Under the pieces are notes generated by a model. The model had not been told where the DNA came from. It made no database searches and was given only the letters and a program-made list of their open reading frames with translations. A stretch of DNA of 64,000 nucleotides from an uncultured Nitrospiraceae bacterium (GTDB lineage: Bacteria; Nitrospirota; Nitrospiria; Nitrospirales; Nitrospiraceae): positions 128,001-192,000 of the forward strand of contig CAVPLT010000001.1 in NCBI GenBank assembly GCA_963706325.1. The letters run 5' to 3'. Each line of letters opens with the position of its first letter. Position 1 is the first letter of the stretch. Positions 10,247-21,358 of the stretch are shown here, piece by piece. Position numbers and translations under genes: made by a program.

Positions 10247-11782
10247 ATGAAGGACGAGATGGGCAACGAGGATTCTTCTCTGTGGCAGACAATTCCTATT
10301 GTTTCGACCACTCCTTCTGGAATCATCACGAGCTTCAACCCGGCGTCAGAAGCCCTGCTGGGATTTCGTCCGGCGGAAGTCATTGGCATGCTTTCACTCG
10401 TCGCATTCCATGATCCGACAGAGTTGAAACAGCGGTCGGCCCTTGCATCAGAACTACGGGCCGCCGGAGCGGATGAATTTCGGGTCATCGTGAGAAACGC
10501 CGCGCCGGGGCATACGACGGAAGGCGAGTGGATCTATGTTCACCGCACCGGCCGGAAGCTCCTGATTCACCTCACTGTCATTGCCTTCCCCGATCCCTCG
10601 GGTCAAACCTTGGGGTATGTCTTGATGCTCCAAGAGATCGGCCGGAGGATCGCGACGAGCAAGGCGCTCCAGCATCAGGCGGAACTACTCGATCTCGCCA
10701 GTGACGCCATTCTCATTCGTGATTTGGAATACGATACCATTACGTACTGGAACGCCGGAGCGGTGCGCCTCTATGGCTGGACGGATAAGGAAGCGGATGG
10801 CGCGTATATTCACGACTTCTTAAAAACAATTTTTCCGCAGCCACTCTCGGAAATCAGAAAGACGTTTTTGACCAATGGCTACTGGTCTGGGGAGCTCCTG
10901 CATACCACACGGGATGGAAGCAAAATCACGGTTTCCAGTCGATGGACATTGCTCAAAAACTCCAATGGTGTGCCGAGCGGCAGCCTCGAGCTGAATACGG
11001 ACATTACACAGCAAAAGCTCGCACAAGAAGCGCTCAAAGCCGCGCATGAAGAATTGGAGCTTCGGGTGAGGGATCGCACGAGCGAATTATGCGACGCGAA
11101 CAGAAGATTACAGATCCTCTCCCAACGGCTGATGGAAATTCAAGAGTTGGAGCGCCGCGCAATTGCCCGGGATTTACACGATGAGATCGGACAGGCGCTG
11201 ACCGCCATAAAGCTTAATCTTCGTGAACTTGGAGACAATCTGACGGCTGCCGTGGTCGGCAAACAGGTTTCCGACAGTCTGCTGATCCTCGACCAAGTGC
11301 TTCGGCACATCCGAAATCTGGCGTTGGATTTAAGACCTTCCATGCTTGATGAGCTGGGGCTTCTCCCCGCTCTCCGATGGTACGTCGGTAGGCAGGCAGA
11401 ACGTGCCGGATGGACCCTTGAGTTCATGGCCGATGAAGTGGTGGCGCGACCCTCTCCAGAAGTGGAGATTTCCTGCTTCCGGCTCACTCAAGAGGCTCTG
11501 ACGAATGTGGTCCGCCATGCGAAAGCCACTGCTGTGGAGGTTCGTCTCGAGGTCGGTCACGGGCGACTCGATCTGTTCATCTGCGACAATGGAATCGGGT
11601 TTGAGCCGGAACTGATCCGCACAGGGGCTCGTGCGGGGACGAGTGTAGGTCTCTCTGGTATGGAAGAGCGAGTGCGTCTGGCCGGAGGACGTATCACCAT
11701 TCATTCGGCTCCTGGCGGTGGCACTGAAATTCACGCCACCTTTCCTTTAGATCATGAACCGACGGCGGCAACACATGAATGA
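10247..11782 (+). CDS. PAS-PAS sensor histidine kinase (HisKA_3/NarX type)
   Basis: Two PAS domains, ERRAIARDLHDEIGQ H-box, QEALTNVVRHA and DNGIGF; start may be 10217, 10247 or 10259. Confidence 0.93.
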   Translation: MKDEMGNEDSSLWQTIPIVSTTPSGIITSFNPASEALLGFRPAEVIGMLSLVAFHDPTELKQRSALASELRAAGADEFRVIVRNAAPGHTTEGEWIYVHRTGRKLLIHLTVIAFPDPSGQTLGYVLMLQEIGRRIATSKALQHQAELLDLASDAILIRDLEYDTITYWNAGAVRLYGWTDKEADGAYIHDFLKTIFPQPLSEIRKTFLTNGYWSGELLHTTRDGSKITVSSRWTLLKNSNGVPSGSLELNTDITQQKLAQEALKAAHEELELRVRDRTSELCDANRRLQILSQRLMEIQELERRAIARDLHDEIGQALTAIKLNLRELGDNLTAAVVGKQVSDSLLILDQVLRHIRNLALDLRPSMLDELGLLPALRWYVGRQAERAGWTLEFMADEVVARPSPEVEISCFRLTQEALTNVVRHAKATAVEVRLEVGHGRLDLFICDNGIGFEPELIRTGARAGTSVGLSGMEERVRLAGGRITIHSAPGGGTEIHATFPLDHEPTAATHE

Positions 11783-12425
11783 CGCAAGGGTACTACTCGT
11801 CGAAGATCATACGTTGGTACGCGCAGGCTTTAGAGTATTGCTGGAGAAAATCCATGGGGTGGTAGTCATCGGGGAAGTGAGCGATGGTCTCACCGCAGTA
11901 AAGTTGTCGAAGGAGCTCGATCCCGATGTGGTGCTGATGGATATTGCCATGCCCGGGATGAATGGACTTGAAGCCACCCGCCGCATCCGGCAGGAATGTG
12001 AACGGACCAAGGTGCTGATGCTGTCCATGTATACGAATGAGGAATACCTCAAAGAAGCGCTTCGCGCGGGAGCATCCGGATATCTGCTGAAAGATGCGGA
12101 TCGACTCGAACTGGAACTCGCCATCCAAACTGTCTGGCGGGGGGGAACCTATCTCACGCCGAGCATGGCGAAATTTACCGTCGATGCCTATTGCCGAAAA
12201 GGCGAGGCCCGGACCGGTCCCCTGGCACGCCTGACAGGGCGGCAACGTGAAATTCTTCAACTGATTGCCGAAGGATGCTCGACAAAACAGATCGCGCAGC
12301 GCCTTGATCTAAGCGTAAAAACAATTGAAACCCATCGGGCGCAGTTGATGGAACGCCTCGAGATCCACGACGTTCCTGGTCTTGTCCGCCTGGCCATCCG
12401 CACCGGTCTCGTTCAGCCCAATTAG
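11775..12425 (+). CDS. NarL/LuxR-family response regulator
   Basis: REC domain (EDH, MDIAMP, LLK) plus LTGRQREIL..TIETHR HTH; start overlaps the kinase 3' end. Confidence 0.95.
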   Translation: MNDARVLLVEDHTLVRAGFRVLLEKIHGVVVIGEVSDGLTAVKLSKELDPDVVLMDIAMPGMNGLEATRRIRQECERTKVLMLSMYTNEEYLKEALRAGASGYLLKDADRLELELAIQTVWRGGTYLTPSMAKFTVDAYCRKGEARTGPLARLTGRQREILQLIAEGCSTKQIAQRLDLSVKTIETHRAQLMERLEIHDVPGLVRLAIRTGLVQPN

Positions 12426-12621
12426 TCATCTGGACCGGCAGCCCCCTCTTTAGTCCTCAGGTGTTATTGGGACGTTTCCCAGGATTTCCCCGATTCTCTT
12501 TCTTTTCCCTTCTGTCATGCTCGCCGAACCGAGACGAAGCCGGCACGGGTGGCACGGCATTGAAGGCCATCTTCGGATACCCGCCAGAAAAGAGGTCGTG
12601 TACTTCAAGGGAGCCCACGAC

Positions 12622-12774
12622 ATGAAGACGATACACGGCCCCTCCTACCAGAGAGACTTCAGCAGGCTGGAGTTGAAAAACAGCCAATTTAAGAAGGTGG
12701 CCTTAGTAATGGCGGTTTTTTTGACAACTGTGTTGGTCATCCTGATTCTCGAGCTATTTGGGATGAAACATTAA
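12622..12774 (+). CDS. Small single-TM protein (50 aa)
   Basis: AAGGGAG RBS; C-terminal hydrophobic helix. Confidence 0.55.
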   Translation: MKTIHGPSYQRDFSRLELKNSQFKKVALVMAVFLTTVLVILILELFGMKH

Positions 12775-12915
12775 TCGTTCTGACTGCGCCCTCATGGCCA
12801 CCAAAGAGTAAAAAGAACGGGCGACACGAGCCATGCCTTTCTCTTCTTATCTTCCCAACTTGCTCTCACAGAGGCATATGACCATTTGTACCCACGCTTG
12901 CGCACGGTGCTCTGA

Positions 12916-13995
12916 GTGATGACGCATCGAAGGCTCCTCCTTGTTGTTTCAAGCGTCGGTGTCCTAATGCTCCTTGTTGCGTGCCTGGCGATAGGGGAAA
13001 TCGCCATTCGTGTCGTGCATTTAATGCGGGACGGCATCCCATTCGCAGAAGCACCGTCTGGACGGATCGGTCCTATCGTCCTCGACCCGCATCTGGGCTG
13101 GCGGGCCACAGACTGGTATGCGCAAGACCTCGCCGAGCAGACGTCGAAGGGCGTGGTCTATGCCGTGCACCGATCGCAAGGCTGGCATGGCTTCCGACAG
13201 TACGGGAATGTGGGCTCCCGCAGACCTAAGCTTCTTGTCATTGGAGACTCCTTTACGCAGGCCACCGCTGTCTCCGATGACCACACCTACCATGCCCTGC
13301 TGAAACGCGACCTCGGCATGGAAGTCTTTGCCTATGGGGCGGGCGGCTACGGCACCTTGCAGGAATATTTAATTCTAGATGAGGTGTTCGATGCCCTCCA
13401 GCCTAGCGTGCTTCTCTGGCAATTCTGTACCAATGATTTCATCAATAACGATCATGCATTAGAAGTGGCAAGTACCATCAATAATAACGGCTGGATTCGG
13501 CCGTACTGGGAGCACGGGCAGATCGCCCTCCGGTCTCCCAAACCGTCCGGTGTGCAGACGCGAGAATGGATCAGTCGTCATAGCCGGTTTTTGTACTTCC
13601 TGGTAAGTCGCCTCGATCGCCTACGAGCACGCGCGATACGAGAAACCGTAGAACGGACGATCGAACGCGAGGGCTTCGCGCATCCAGGGTTTGCCCGATC
13701 CGTCCAGACGACCGATGAACTGATGGGACAAGTTCGGGCACGAGTAGGGACAATCCCGATCCACGCGTTCAGTTGTGAAAAGGAAGAACCGTACAACAGT
13801 GCCTTTGCACGCATTGCCCAGCATTACAATATCCACTACTGGGCAGAGGTCTCTGATGCCATCCGCGAAGCGCTCGCAGCCGGAGAGGACGTCCTCGCCG
13901 ACGATGGCCATTGGAATGAGCGTGGACATGCCATCGTGGCCGAACGTCTGGCCCCACATTTGAGAATGGTCCCGCCAGTGGTGGCCTTGCAGTAA
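12916..13995 (+). CDS. SGNH/GDSL hydrolase family protein, membrane-anchored
   Basis: GDSFT, GYGT, ND and DGHWN catalytic blocks; N-terminal TM. Confidence 0.9.
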   Translation: MMTHRRLLLVVSSVGVLMLLVACLAIGEIAIRVVHLMRDGIPFAEAPSGRIGPIVLDPHLGWRATDWYAQDLAEQTSKGVVYAVHRSQGWHGFRQYGNVGSRRPKLLVIGDSFTQATAVSDDHTYHALLKRDLGMEVFAYGAGGYGTLQEYLILDEVFDALQPSVLLWQFCTNDFINNDHALEVASTINNNGWIRPYWEHGQIALRSPKPSGVQTREWISRHSRFLYFLVSRLDRLRARAIRETVERTIEREGFAHPGFARSVQTTDELMGQVRARVGTIPIHAFSCEKEEPYNSAFARIAQHYNIHYWAEVSDAIREALAAGEDVLADDGHWNERGHAIVAERLAPHLRMVPPVVALQ

Positions 13996-14065
13996 TGACA
14001 GGAATCGCCTTCGATGACACTTTGAAGGGTGGCAGGGCCGGCTGATCACAGGGCTCCGGTGAAAT

Positions 14066-14251
14066 ATGCCGCTAACAACCAGCACATCGAAGCGACCAAC
14101 ATCCTTATTAGAGTGCCCCAATTGTGCCCGCACGCTGTATCGTTCTCGACGGACAGGGTTGAAGGATTTCTTGGCGAAGACATTTGGACGGTATCCCTAT
14201 CGCTGCCAGGCTTGCAAAAATCGCGTGTACTTGGCGCAACGAAAACATTAG
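14066..14251 (+). CDS. Small zinc-ribbon protein (61 aa)
   Basis: CPNC...YRCQAC pair of CxxC motifs, basic composition; weak RBS. Confidence 0.5.
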   Translation: MPLTTSTSKRPTSLLECPNCARTLYRSRRTGLKDFLAKTFGRYPYRCQACKNRVYLAQRKH

Positions 14252-15406
14252 TCCAACTTCGTATAGATGATTCTCCGTGGGCTGAACAACAACAGGGTCG
14301 CACGCTGAGTCAGGATGTGTTCCCTGCGCGGTATCCAGCGGACGAAATGCCTGAGCACCAACTACTCTCACTCAGGCCTGCTGATGCCTTGCCAGTGGGA
14401 GGCGTGCACGCAGCGTTATACGACCAAGGCACGATTCCACAGGTCGCAACCAACGTTCCCGATTTTGTGGACTAACCGTGAGAGCTGTTCTCAGCCGACT
14501 CAATGACGGGTTTACAGGTCTCATCCGACTGATTCACGACGATCTTTCTTTGGACATCGGCGACTGGTCGATGCCTGGGATTCGCGCTATGGCAGGTACA
14601 TCGCTTTGGCAACGGGGGTCTCAAACAAGCGGGGAGGTGCGGCGCGAGCGGCAGTCTTCAAATGAATCGGCGGGACTCACGACCTTGCGAACACCCCAGC
14701 GGAGTGGTTCAGGATCAGGATACAGGTCAATGCGAGCAGCCGGGGGGACACCGAGGGGTGTTTTCATAGGTCCTATCGGACGATGAGGGCCATAGTTCCA
14801 CTCACGCTGTCCAAACCGGAGAGAGGCGTGGACAGTATACCCGTCCAATACTTCTATGCTTCGGTTCTGCCTTCCAAAGTGAACACCCAATTCTATCCAT
14901 CTACCAAAACGTACCCACATGCAGTGATCCCTCTTATTTGATGCAAACCGTTGTCCATGATGGGGACAGTGTAATCCTATTTCCCTGCCTTGCATATGGT
15001 GACGCACTCCCGGTTCGAGGCTGAGCGTTCACCGACATGTGCTCTTCCTGTGATCCGTCTCACTGGCTTGCAGCAGTCCTGTATCGGTTTCGATACTGAT
15101 TCTCCAATAATATACAGTCCTCCGTCTGCCGTGACGCCGAAATCTCTGATATTCATAGCTCACGGCCTCAAAACACGACGTCACCATGGCGGGCTGGGTG
15201 GTACGCTCGTTGCTTATGTAGAGCATAGACATAAATTTATACACAAAGAAGCGGCCAACCTGAATATGCTCCCAATCCTCATCGTGATCTTGTCTTCGGG
15301 ACAGATGGTGATTCATAAAACTTTATTGCCGGGGTGAACACGAGCAGGAGCACTGAGAAGCGCCATGGCCGGGCAGTCGGATGATCTCCCAAAGGAGGTT
15401 AAAAGT

Positions 15407-15568
15407 ATGTCTACCGAAGAGGAACGCGTCTACGACCCGCTGTTAGGCAAGATTATTACTCGTCTCAAAAAGACTGCCCAACAGATACAGCAGGAGTGCG
15501 AGGAGAAGGATCGTTGCATCAAACAGGCTGAGGAAATCCTTCGCCAGGCGAGCACGGCTCACCCGTAA
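15407..15568 (+). CDS. Small coiled-coil hypothetical protein
   Basis: Strong AAGGAGG RBS; helical charged sequence. Confidence 0.6.
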   Translation: MSTEEERVYDPLLGKIITRLKKTAQQIQQECEEKDRCIKQAEEILRQASTAHP

Positions 15569-15691
15569 AGAACAGGACAAGTACAAGCCAAGACTTCTTG
15601 TAAATGCCTGTCACAAGGTACATCCGCGTTCCACACGAAGTAACCTTTTGTCTCGTAGGCCGATCCGCGGCTGGAACCCTGATGGGCTGCA

Positions 15692-17062
15692 TTACGCGAC
15701 CTTCGCAGGAAGATCAGGGAGGCCTGCCGGGTCTCGCGCGATGATCATCTCGCCCTGTGCCTCGGAGGATGCCGGATCAAGGACATGCCGGTGGCGTCGT
15801 TGACGGCCGAAGCAGGGGGCACGTCTGATCAATTCAGTCCCCCCAACGACTGCGAGGGCGCCTAGCCAGGTGTAGACGGTCACGGCCTCGCTCAGCCACA
15901 GATAGGCCAAGCCAATTGTGCAAATCGGAATGAGATTGTGGTACGCACCGACGACCCCAGGCGAGAGCGATTGCAGCGCCCGAGAGCGCAACAAGAAGAC
16001 GCCGGCCGTGGCCGTACCGATGAAGAACAGCAATCCGAACACCACGGCAGAGAGGTCAGTAAGCGGTGTCGTGCCTCGGGCGGCCTCCCCCGACAGGATG
16101 ACCACCGACACCGTGCCGAACATCGTCGTATTCGCGGTCCACACCCCCACTCGCTTAATGGTGTTCGGGCTCAAGACGAGATAGCAGGACATCATCAGGG
16201 TAAACAGCAAGATGAGTACATCTCCGACTCCCCACCCCAATCCAGGCGCCGATGGACCGGCCAGCACGGCCAGCAGGCAGCCGGCCCACGACACGAAAAG
16301 ACCACTCACCGTGGAGACACTGGCGTGGTCCTTTCTGCGTGCAATGCTGATAAGCGTCGTAAACGTGGGCAATAGGCTATAAATGATCGCAAAGTGCGTA
16401 ACGCTCGTATACACCAGCCCCCAGGCTCCGATCGGATAGGCGCCGACTCCCAGCAGCCCCAAGAGGGTGAGTTTTCCTAGCTCGCGTGGGGTAAGAGATC
16501 GAAGCCCCTGGAAATCAAACCATATTGTGATTCCTGCCAGAAACAGGAATCCTATAGCGACCCGGCTGGCCGCCAGCTCCATAAAATCAATAGCGCTATG
16601 CTGGAGCGTGTATTTGATCGCCGGCGTAATGGCACTCACGAGCACGATCACTCCGAAGAGGCAGAGGAGCGGGACTAGTTGGCCAGGATGAGCCCCGATC
16701 CGAGGTTTGGTGTGTTCGGACTCGTGGGACACTACCACCGTACCGTTGATATTGACGGTGATCACGTCCTCAATGAAACGCGAGAGTCTCACCCGGTGTT
16801 CCGGCGACATCTTGACGATCTGTGCCCCAAAGGCCGACCGGTGAAGATGCGTCACGGCCACCCGGCATTGGATGTCTTCATGGGCGTCCAATGCGCACGT
16901 CAGGTGGACGACCTCGCCCACCTTGACGGCTACGACGTCTGTCTGAAGCCGGAATCCCTCTTCGGTAAAATCCGAAACGCAGCATTCACGCGTCTGTCCA
17001 TGACGGGTAAGCAAGCCGGTGCGCTCAATGGCGATCCGAGACTGATGACGCGGTGAGTGCAT
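15692..17062 (-). CDS. PilZ domain fused to a DMT/EamA-family transporter
   Basis: N-terminal RHQSR (RxxxR) and DFTEEG (DxSxxG-like) PilZ motifs, then about 10 TM helices in two EamA repeats; GAGGA RBS. Confidence 0.85.
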   Translation of the reverse strand: MHSPRHQSRIAIERTGLLTRHGQTRECCVSDFTEEGFRLQTDVVAVKVGEVVHLTCALDAHEDIQCRVAVTHLHRSAFGAQIVKMSPEHRVRLSRFIEDVITVNINGTVVVSHESEHTKPRIGAHPGQLVPLLCLFGVIVLVSAITPAIKYTLQHSAIDFMELAASRVAIGFLFLAGITIWFDFQGLRSLTPRELGKLTLLGLLGVGAYPIGAWGLVYTSVTHFAIIYSLLPTFTTLISIARRKDHASVSTVSGLFVSWAGCLLAVLAGPSAPGLGWGVGDVLILLFTLMMSCYLVLSPNTIKRVGVWTANTTMFGTVSVVILSGEAARGTTPLTDLSAVVFGLLFFIGTATAGVFLLRSRALQSLSPGVVGAYHNLIPICTIGLAYLWLSEAVTVYTWLGALAVVGGTELIRRAPCFGRQRRHRHVLDPASSEAQGEMIIARDPAGLPDLPAKVA

Positions 17063-17469
17063 CGTGTGGTTCCTCAATGGAGATGGACCAACAAGGCATC
17101 GGCGTGGCCGATGTCGACTGTATGAGCCCGGCTGTGGGGAAGAGGGATACGAAGCGGGGAAATTCCGCCCTGACGCCCGTCCGTCCGCAGTGGCGGTTTG
17201 CGTTACTCGATCAACACTATCACGAGCGGAATAGGCGTCAAGAAGCCTTCACATTTGAACAGCCTATGCGTCCTGAGATGGGCCCAGGCCTTGAGCAATC
17301 GCATCCTGGCCGTTACAAACGTACCAATGATGCGGGAGGAGGCCGTGAGATGACACTCGAGTGTGACCGAGGGGATGGATCAATGGGTGTCCCCTGGGAT
17401 TGATAGAGGCTGCTGCTCGTCTCAGCCCATACCGAACTACTGAATGCCTGTGAGGTTAGTGCCTCCCGC

Positions 17470-17680
17470 TCCACGTATACTCGAGCAGTTGGCAACAATC
17501 CTGTGTGGGCTACAAGCCCACTCATATCGCCGGTTGCCCACAGACCGGTGGAGCCGCCATTCAGCACCTGGTGCAACGCCTGCTCAAGCATGTCCGCCGT
17601 TTGATCAATATCAGAACGTCCGGCGAGGAGATGGTCAGTGCTGGACGAAACCAAGGGACTGCCATTGACAATGGCTTAAG
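17470..17680 (-). pseudogene. MEDS sensory-domain remnant
   Basis: DMLEQAL..GLWATGDMS followed in another frame by QLLEY; no intact start; boundaries approximate. Confidence 0.6.
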
Positions 17681-17981
17681 TGATCGGTGCCTCCTTTTCT
17701 CATGTCCGCAGCGTAGAGCAGCCTCACGCCTCTGCGAGGACAGCGCAAGTCCTAAATCGCCCTCTCTTGAAGTACCTCATACGGTGATTGTAACTCTTGG
17801 TTCGTGGCGCCCTGATGCCTTAAATCCTCCTCTTGGTGATGCAAAAAGAGGAGAACCCACCACACTGTATATCGCTGGATTGCTAGTCTAGCCAACCTGT
17901 CAGATGACCTGTCTTGTTTTGAACAGACAACCATGGGGAAAGCGCTCAAGATGCAATGGAGAAAGACAGACGGGGTTACTC

Positions 17982-18440
17982 ATGTATATGGGGACTGTCC
18001 AGCGCCCACTCCCGCTTTCTATCCTGCTCGTGGACGATTCTGCGTTATTCCGCATCACGCTGAAAACAATTTTGGAGAGGTATCGCGACTTCGCGGTCGT
18101 CGGGGAAGCGAGCGATGGAAACGCCGCCCTTGAGTTGGCGCTATCGCTCACCCCCCAGGTCGTGATTATTGAGGTCCACATGCCACGTCTTGGAGGGGTC
18201 GAGGCGACTCGACGCTTGAAGCGAATGTTACCTGATCTATACGTAATCGGCCTTTCCTCCTGCGACGACGCAGACACCCAGACAGCCATGAAGACGGCCG
18301 GATCATCCGCCTTCCTATCCAAAGGAAAGACCCACCAACTGCCCCAACTGATTGCCTTGCTCACAGGCAGATTGGTGCCAGTGAAGATTTCGCCGGAAGC
18401 CATAAGAATGGAGACGTACCATGAACCAAAAACTGGATAG
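17982..18440 (+). CDS. Single-domain response regulator (atypical receiver)
   Basis: ILLVDD, VVGEA, GLS and FLSK; the phosphoacceptor position reads Glu (IIEVHMP). Confidence 0.85.
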   Translation: MYMGTVQRPLPLSILLVDDSALFRITLKTILERYRDFAVVGEASDGNAALELALSLTPQVVIIEVHMPRLGGVEATRRLKRMLPDLYVIGLSSCDDADTQTAMKTAGSSAFLSKGKTHQLPQLIALLTGRLVPVKISPEAIRMETYHEPKTG

Positions 18441-18655
18441 CGTGGCAACCAACGAACCGGCGACGGCCATCACAACATTCTCAATGGGTCATTAGTAGTA
18501 CTGAGGAATGACGGTGGCTTAACCTCTCTGCCACGTAGGGCACGGGTTACGATGATGTGGGCTCCATCGATACGTTTTAGGACATGGCGTGATGACCTGG
18601 TCTCGGCTGGAAGTGCATTTGGTGGCGCTGAATCATGTGACAAGGGAAAAGCAAT

Positions 18656-19024
18656 ATGACTATCACAGAGCGTGCCCAAAGGGCCCGAGAAGAGTATAAC
18701 GAACGACTTCGGACGCGCGTGGTACAACTCTGCTACGCGGAATTACCCTGCCTGGTGAGCCAGCGTGACCATGATGAGATTCTGACGGAAGTCATCGAAG
18801 GCGCTTTGCTTGAGTTGCTGACAGCCTGGCAGCGAGTAGCCCTGCACTCTGGTCTCTCTGAAGGGCAAGCTGCGGCCGAACTTATTGAACGGGAAATCGG
18901 CAGAAGGACGGAAGAAACATTGCCCTCCCATGACGCCAACTTTCCGCGGACTCGGGCCTTAGAGAAGCGCGTCACCACTGCCCGGACTGACCGCCTGGCT
19001 CACAGGCAGATCAGGGTCAAGTAA
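18656..19024 (+). CDS. Hypothetical helical protein
   Basis: 122-aa ORF with AAGGGA RBS. Confidence 0.6.
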   Translation: MTITERAQRAREEYNERLRTRVVQLCYAELPCLVSQRDHDEILTEVIEGALLELLTAWQRVALHSGLSEGQAAAELIEREIGRRTEETLPSHDANFPRTRALEKRVTTARTDRLAHRQIRVK

Positions 19025-19131
19025 AGATGTCGCCTAACGCCAGATTCGCACTCCGATACGACCTCCCTGAACGTCCTATTGTCCGGGCTACTCATTTTTC
19101 CCGGTCCGTGATAACATCCCCCTAGTTACTC

Positions 19132-19797
19132 ATGGGTCACGCCATGGCACGAAGAGTACCGAAGCCGTTCAATACTCAAGCATTTCTGACCAACCCCGGA
19201 CCCGGCAAGAAGCTCATCACCCATCTCCCAAAGCAGAAAGTGTTTTCGCAAGGAGACCGAGCCGATGCCGTCTACTATCTTCAAGAAGGCACGGTCAAAC
19301 TGTCTGTCTTGTCGCCCCAAGGCAAGGAAGCCGTGGTGGCGGTCCTGAAGAAGGAAAACTTCTTCGGCGAGCAATGCTTGTCCGGGCAGCCATTGCGGAC
19401 TATGAGCGCCACGGTCATTGAACATGCGGCGGTTTTACGCATCACTCAGGAGACAATGATCCAAGTCTTGCAGCGTGAACCGAGCTTTTCTGAGTTATTT
19501 CTGAGATATGTTCTCTCGCACAGCATGCGGATCGAAGAAGATTTGGTAGATCACTTGTTTAATTCCAGTGAGAAACGACTCGCACGGGTGCTCCTTTTAC
19601 TTGCCAACTTTGGGAAGAAAAGCAAACCCCAGCCAACGATCCCCCATGTGAATCAAGAGATGCTGGCGGAGATGATTGGGACCACACGGCCGCGCGTGAA
19701 CTACTTTATGAACAAGTTCAGGAAGTTAGGTTTCGTCGAGTATAACGGAACCCTGCGCGTGCACAGTTCGCTCTTGAATGTCGTGCTCCATGATTGA
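19132..19797 (+). CDS. Crp/Fnr-family transcriptional regulator
   Basis: cNMP-binding domain (FSQGD, FFGE) plus EKRLAR..QEMLAEMIGTTR HTH. Confidence 0.95.
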   Translation: MGHAMARRVPKPFNTQAFLTNPGPGKKLITHLPKQKVFSQGDRADAVYYLQEGTVKLSVLSPQGKEAVVAVLKKENFFGEQCLSGQPLRTMSATVIEHAAVLRITQETMIQVLQREPSFSELFLRYVLSHSMRIEEDLVDHLFNSSEKRLARVLLLLANFGKKSKPQPTIPHVNQEMLAEMIGTTRPRVNYFMNKFRKLGFVEYNGTLRVHSSLLNVVLHD

Positions 19798-20154
19798 TGT
19801 GTAGGTGGTTGTGGTGTCTCTGCCTTTTTTCTCCCCCTCTCCGGGGAGAGCGCCTTGTGTAGCCTAGTCACGGACTGTCGCGGTTGGACCTGCCCGGACA
19901 CCAAGCGCCCCCTCTCGTCCGTGTGGGCGTGAGAGTTAGTTTACAGCCCCAAAAAGTGTTCAAGACTTCTGCGCGTGCACATCCGTACCGACCCCGCAGA
20001 CTACCTGACTTGTGGTACTAATCACCCTCACAGCCGCCCAGTATCCCTGCTTAGCAGTACGGTGGCTCCTACCGCTACCTCCTTGATGGGAAAGTAGGTG
20101 CCATATTTAGGCGTTTTGAGCACATGCTGCTCCTGACGGAAAATCCGCTAGATG

Positions 20155-21275
20155 TTACAAATCAACCAAACCAGGTGGGGGCGCACAGGGAATCTCAAGC
20201 GTGAACCGCGTGCCCATCCGTTCCGTACTTGTCACACGAATTTTGCCGTGATGGGCATCTACCACGCCCTTCACCAAGGTGAGCCCCAGGCCCCATCCTG
20301 GTGGCGTGCTGGTGTCGTTCGAGGTGCCACGTCGGAATTTTTGAAACAGGGTCGGAATTTCTTCTTCGGGAATGACCGGCCCTTCATTCTGCACGGTTAT
20401 TTCGATGGCCTTCATCCCAGATTCCCAACTGACCGTAATCGGCGTTCCGGCCGCGCCAACTTCGCGGCATTGGTCACAAGATTCTCCACCGCGCGCCGTA
20501 AGCCATCGGCCCCCCAGTTCCCCTTCAGTGCCCCCTCCGAGACGGAGACGACTTGCGGGCCGTAGACCATCCGCATCTCATCGACGGCTTCGCGAAGAAC
20601 CACGTCGAGGTCGCAATTGGTGAATTGGAGGCAGAGTCGTTCGCCCGCGCGAATCCTGCTCCCGTCCAGCAGATTTTCAATCATCGAGGTGAGGCGGTTC
20701 AAACTGATCAGGATATTCTTCTGCGCGGCAATCGCAGGCCCCGCGAGATCGCCCCGTTTCAAGGTGACCTGGGCATTCATTCTCGCCACCGCGACCGGCG
20801 TCCGCAGATCATGGGTCAGCGTGTCAAAGAACTTCTGCTGAATGTCCGCGTGCACCTCGGTGAACTCGACGACCGCATCATTCACGGCTTGCTCAATGGA
20901 ATCGAGGACAATATCCCGTTCGAGCTTCGGCAACAGCCCCTCGGTTTCGAGCACCTCAAAGAGCACCTCCCTCAGAATGTGATACTCGAAGATCACCTCC
21001 CGCAACTGATAACTCCGATTGCTCGCGCGGTCCGCCCCGTGCAGTTTCCCGATGCGTAAGGATTCGCGTACGTGGGACGCCACGGCGGCGACATCCATCT
21101 TGCGGTGCGTCAGGAGCGCCTCGCAGAGATGATCAAGAAACAGCGGCAGTGAGTTTCGGAGCGCGAGCGTGCCGGCTGATGCCGCGGACGCGACCTACTT
21201 CAGGCATCGGTCCTCCCACGACTTCAATATTTGCTCTTTCCGATCTTGGAGACATCGCACGTGCACATCAGACAT
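20155..21275 (-). pseudogene. Sensor histidine kinase (RsbRD-N-like + HisKA + HATPase), paralog of 24975-26093
   Basis: In-frame TAG at 21195-21197 where the paralog has Glu; 1-bp frameshift near 20458 (AAG-TT-GGC vs KYG); THDLRTP and GWGLGL motifs. Confidence 0.9.
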
Positions 21276-21358
21276 AGAGGAAACCTTTCCAAAAGTGAGG
21301 CCACCTCGGCCATTCTAGCAAACAGGCACACCGGAGCGTTGACCCTGCAAACATCGCA

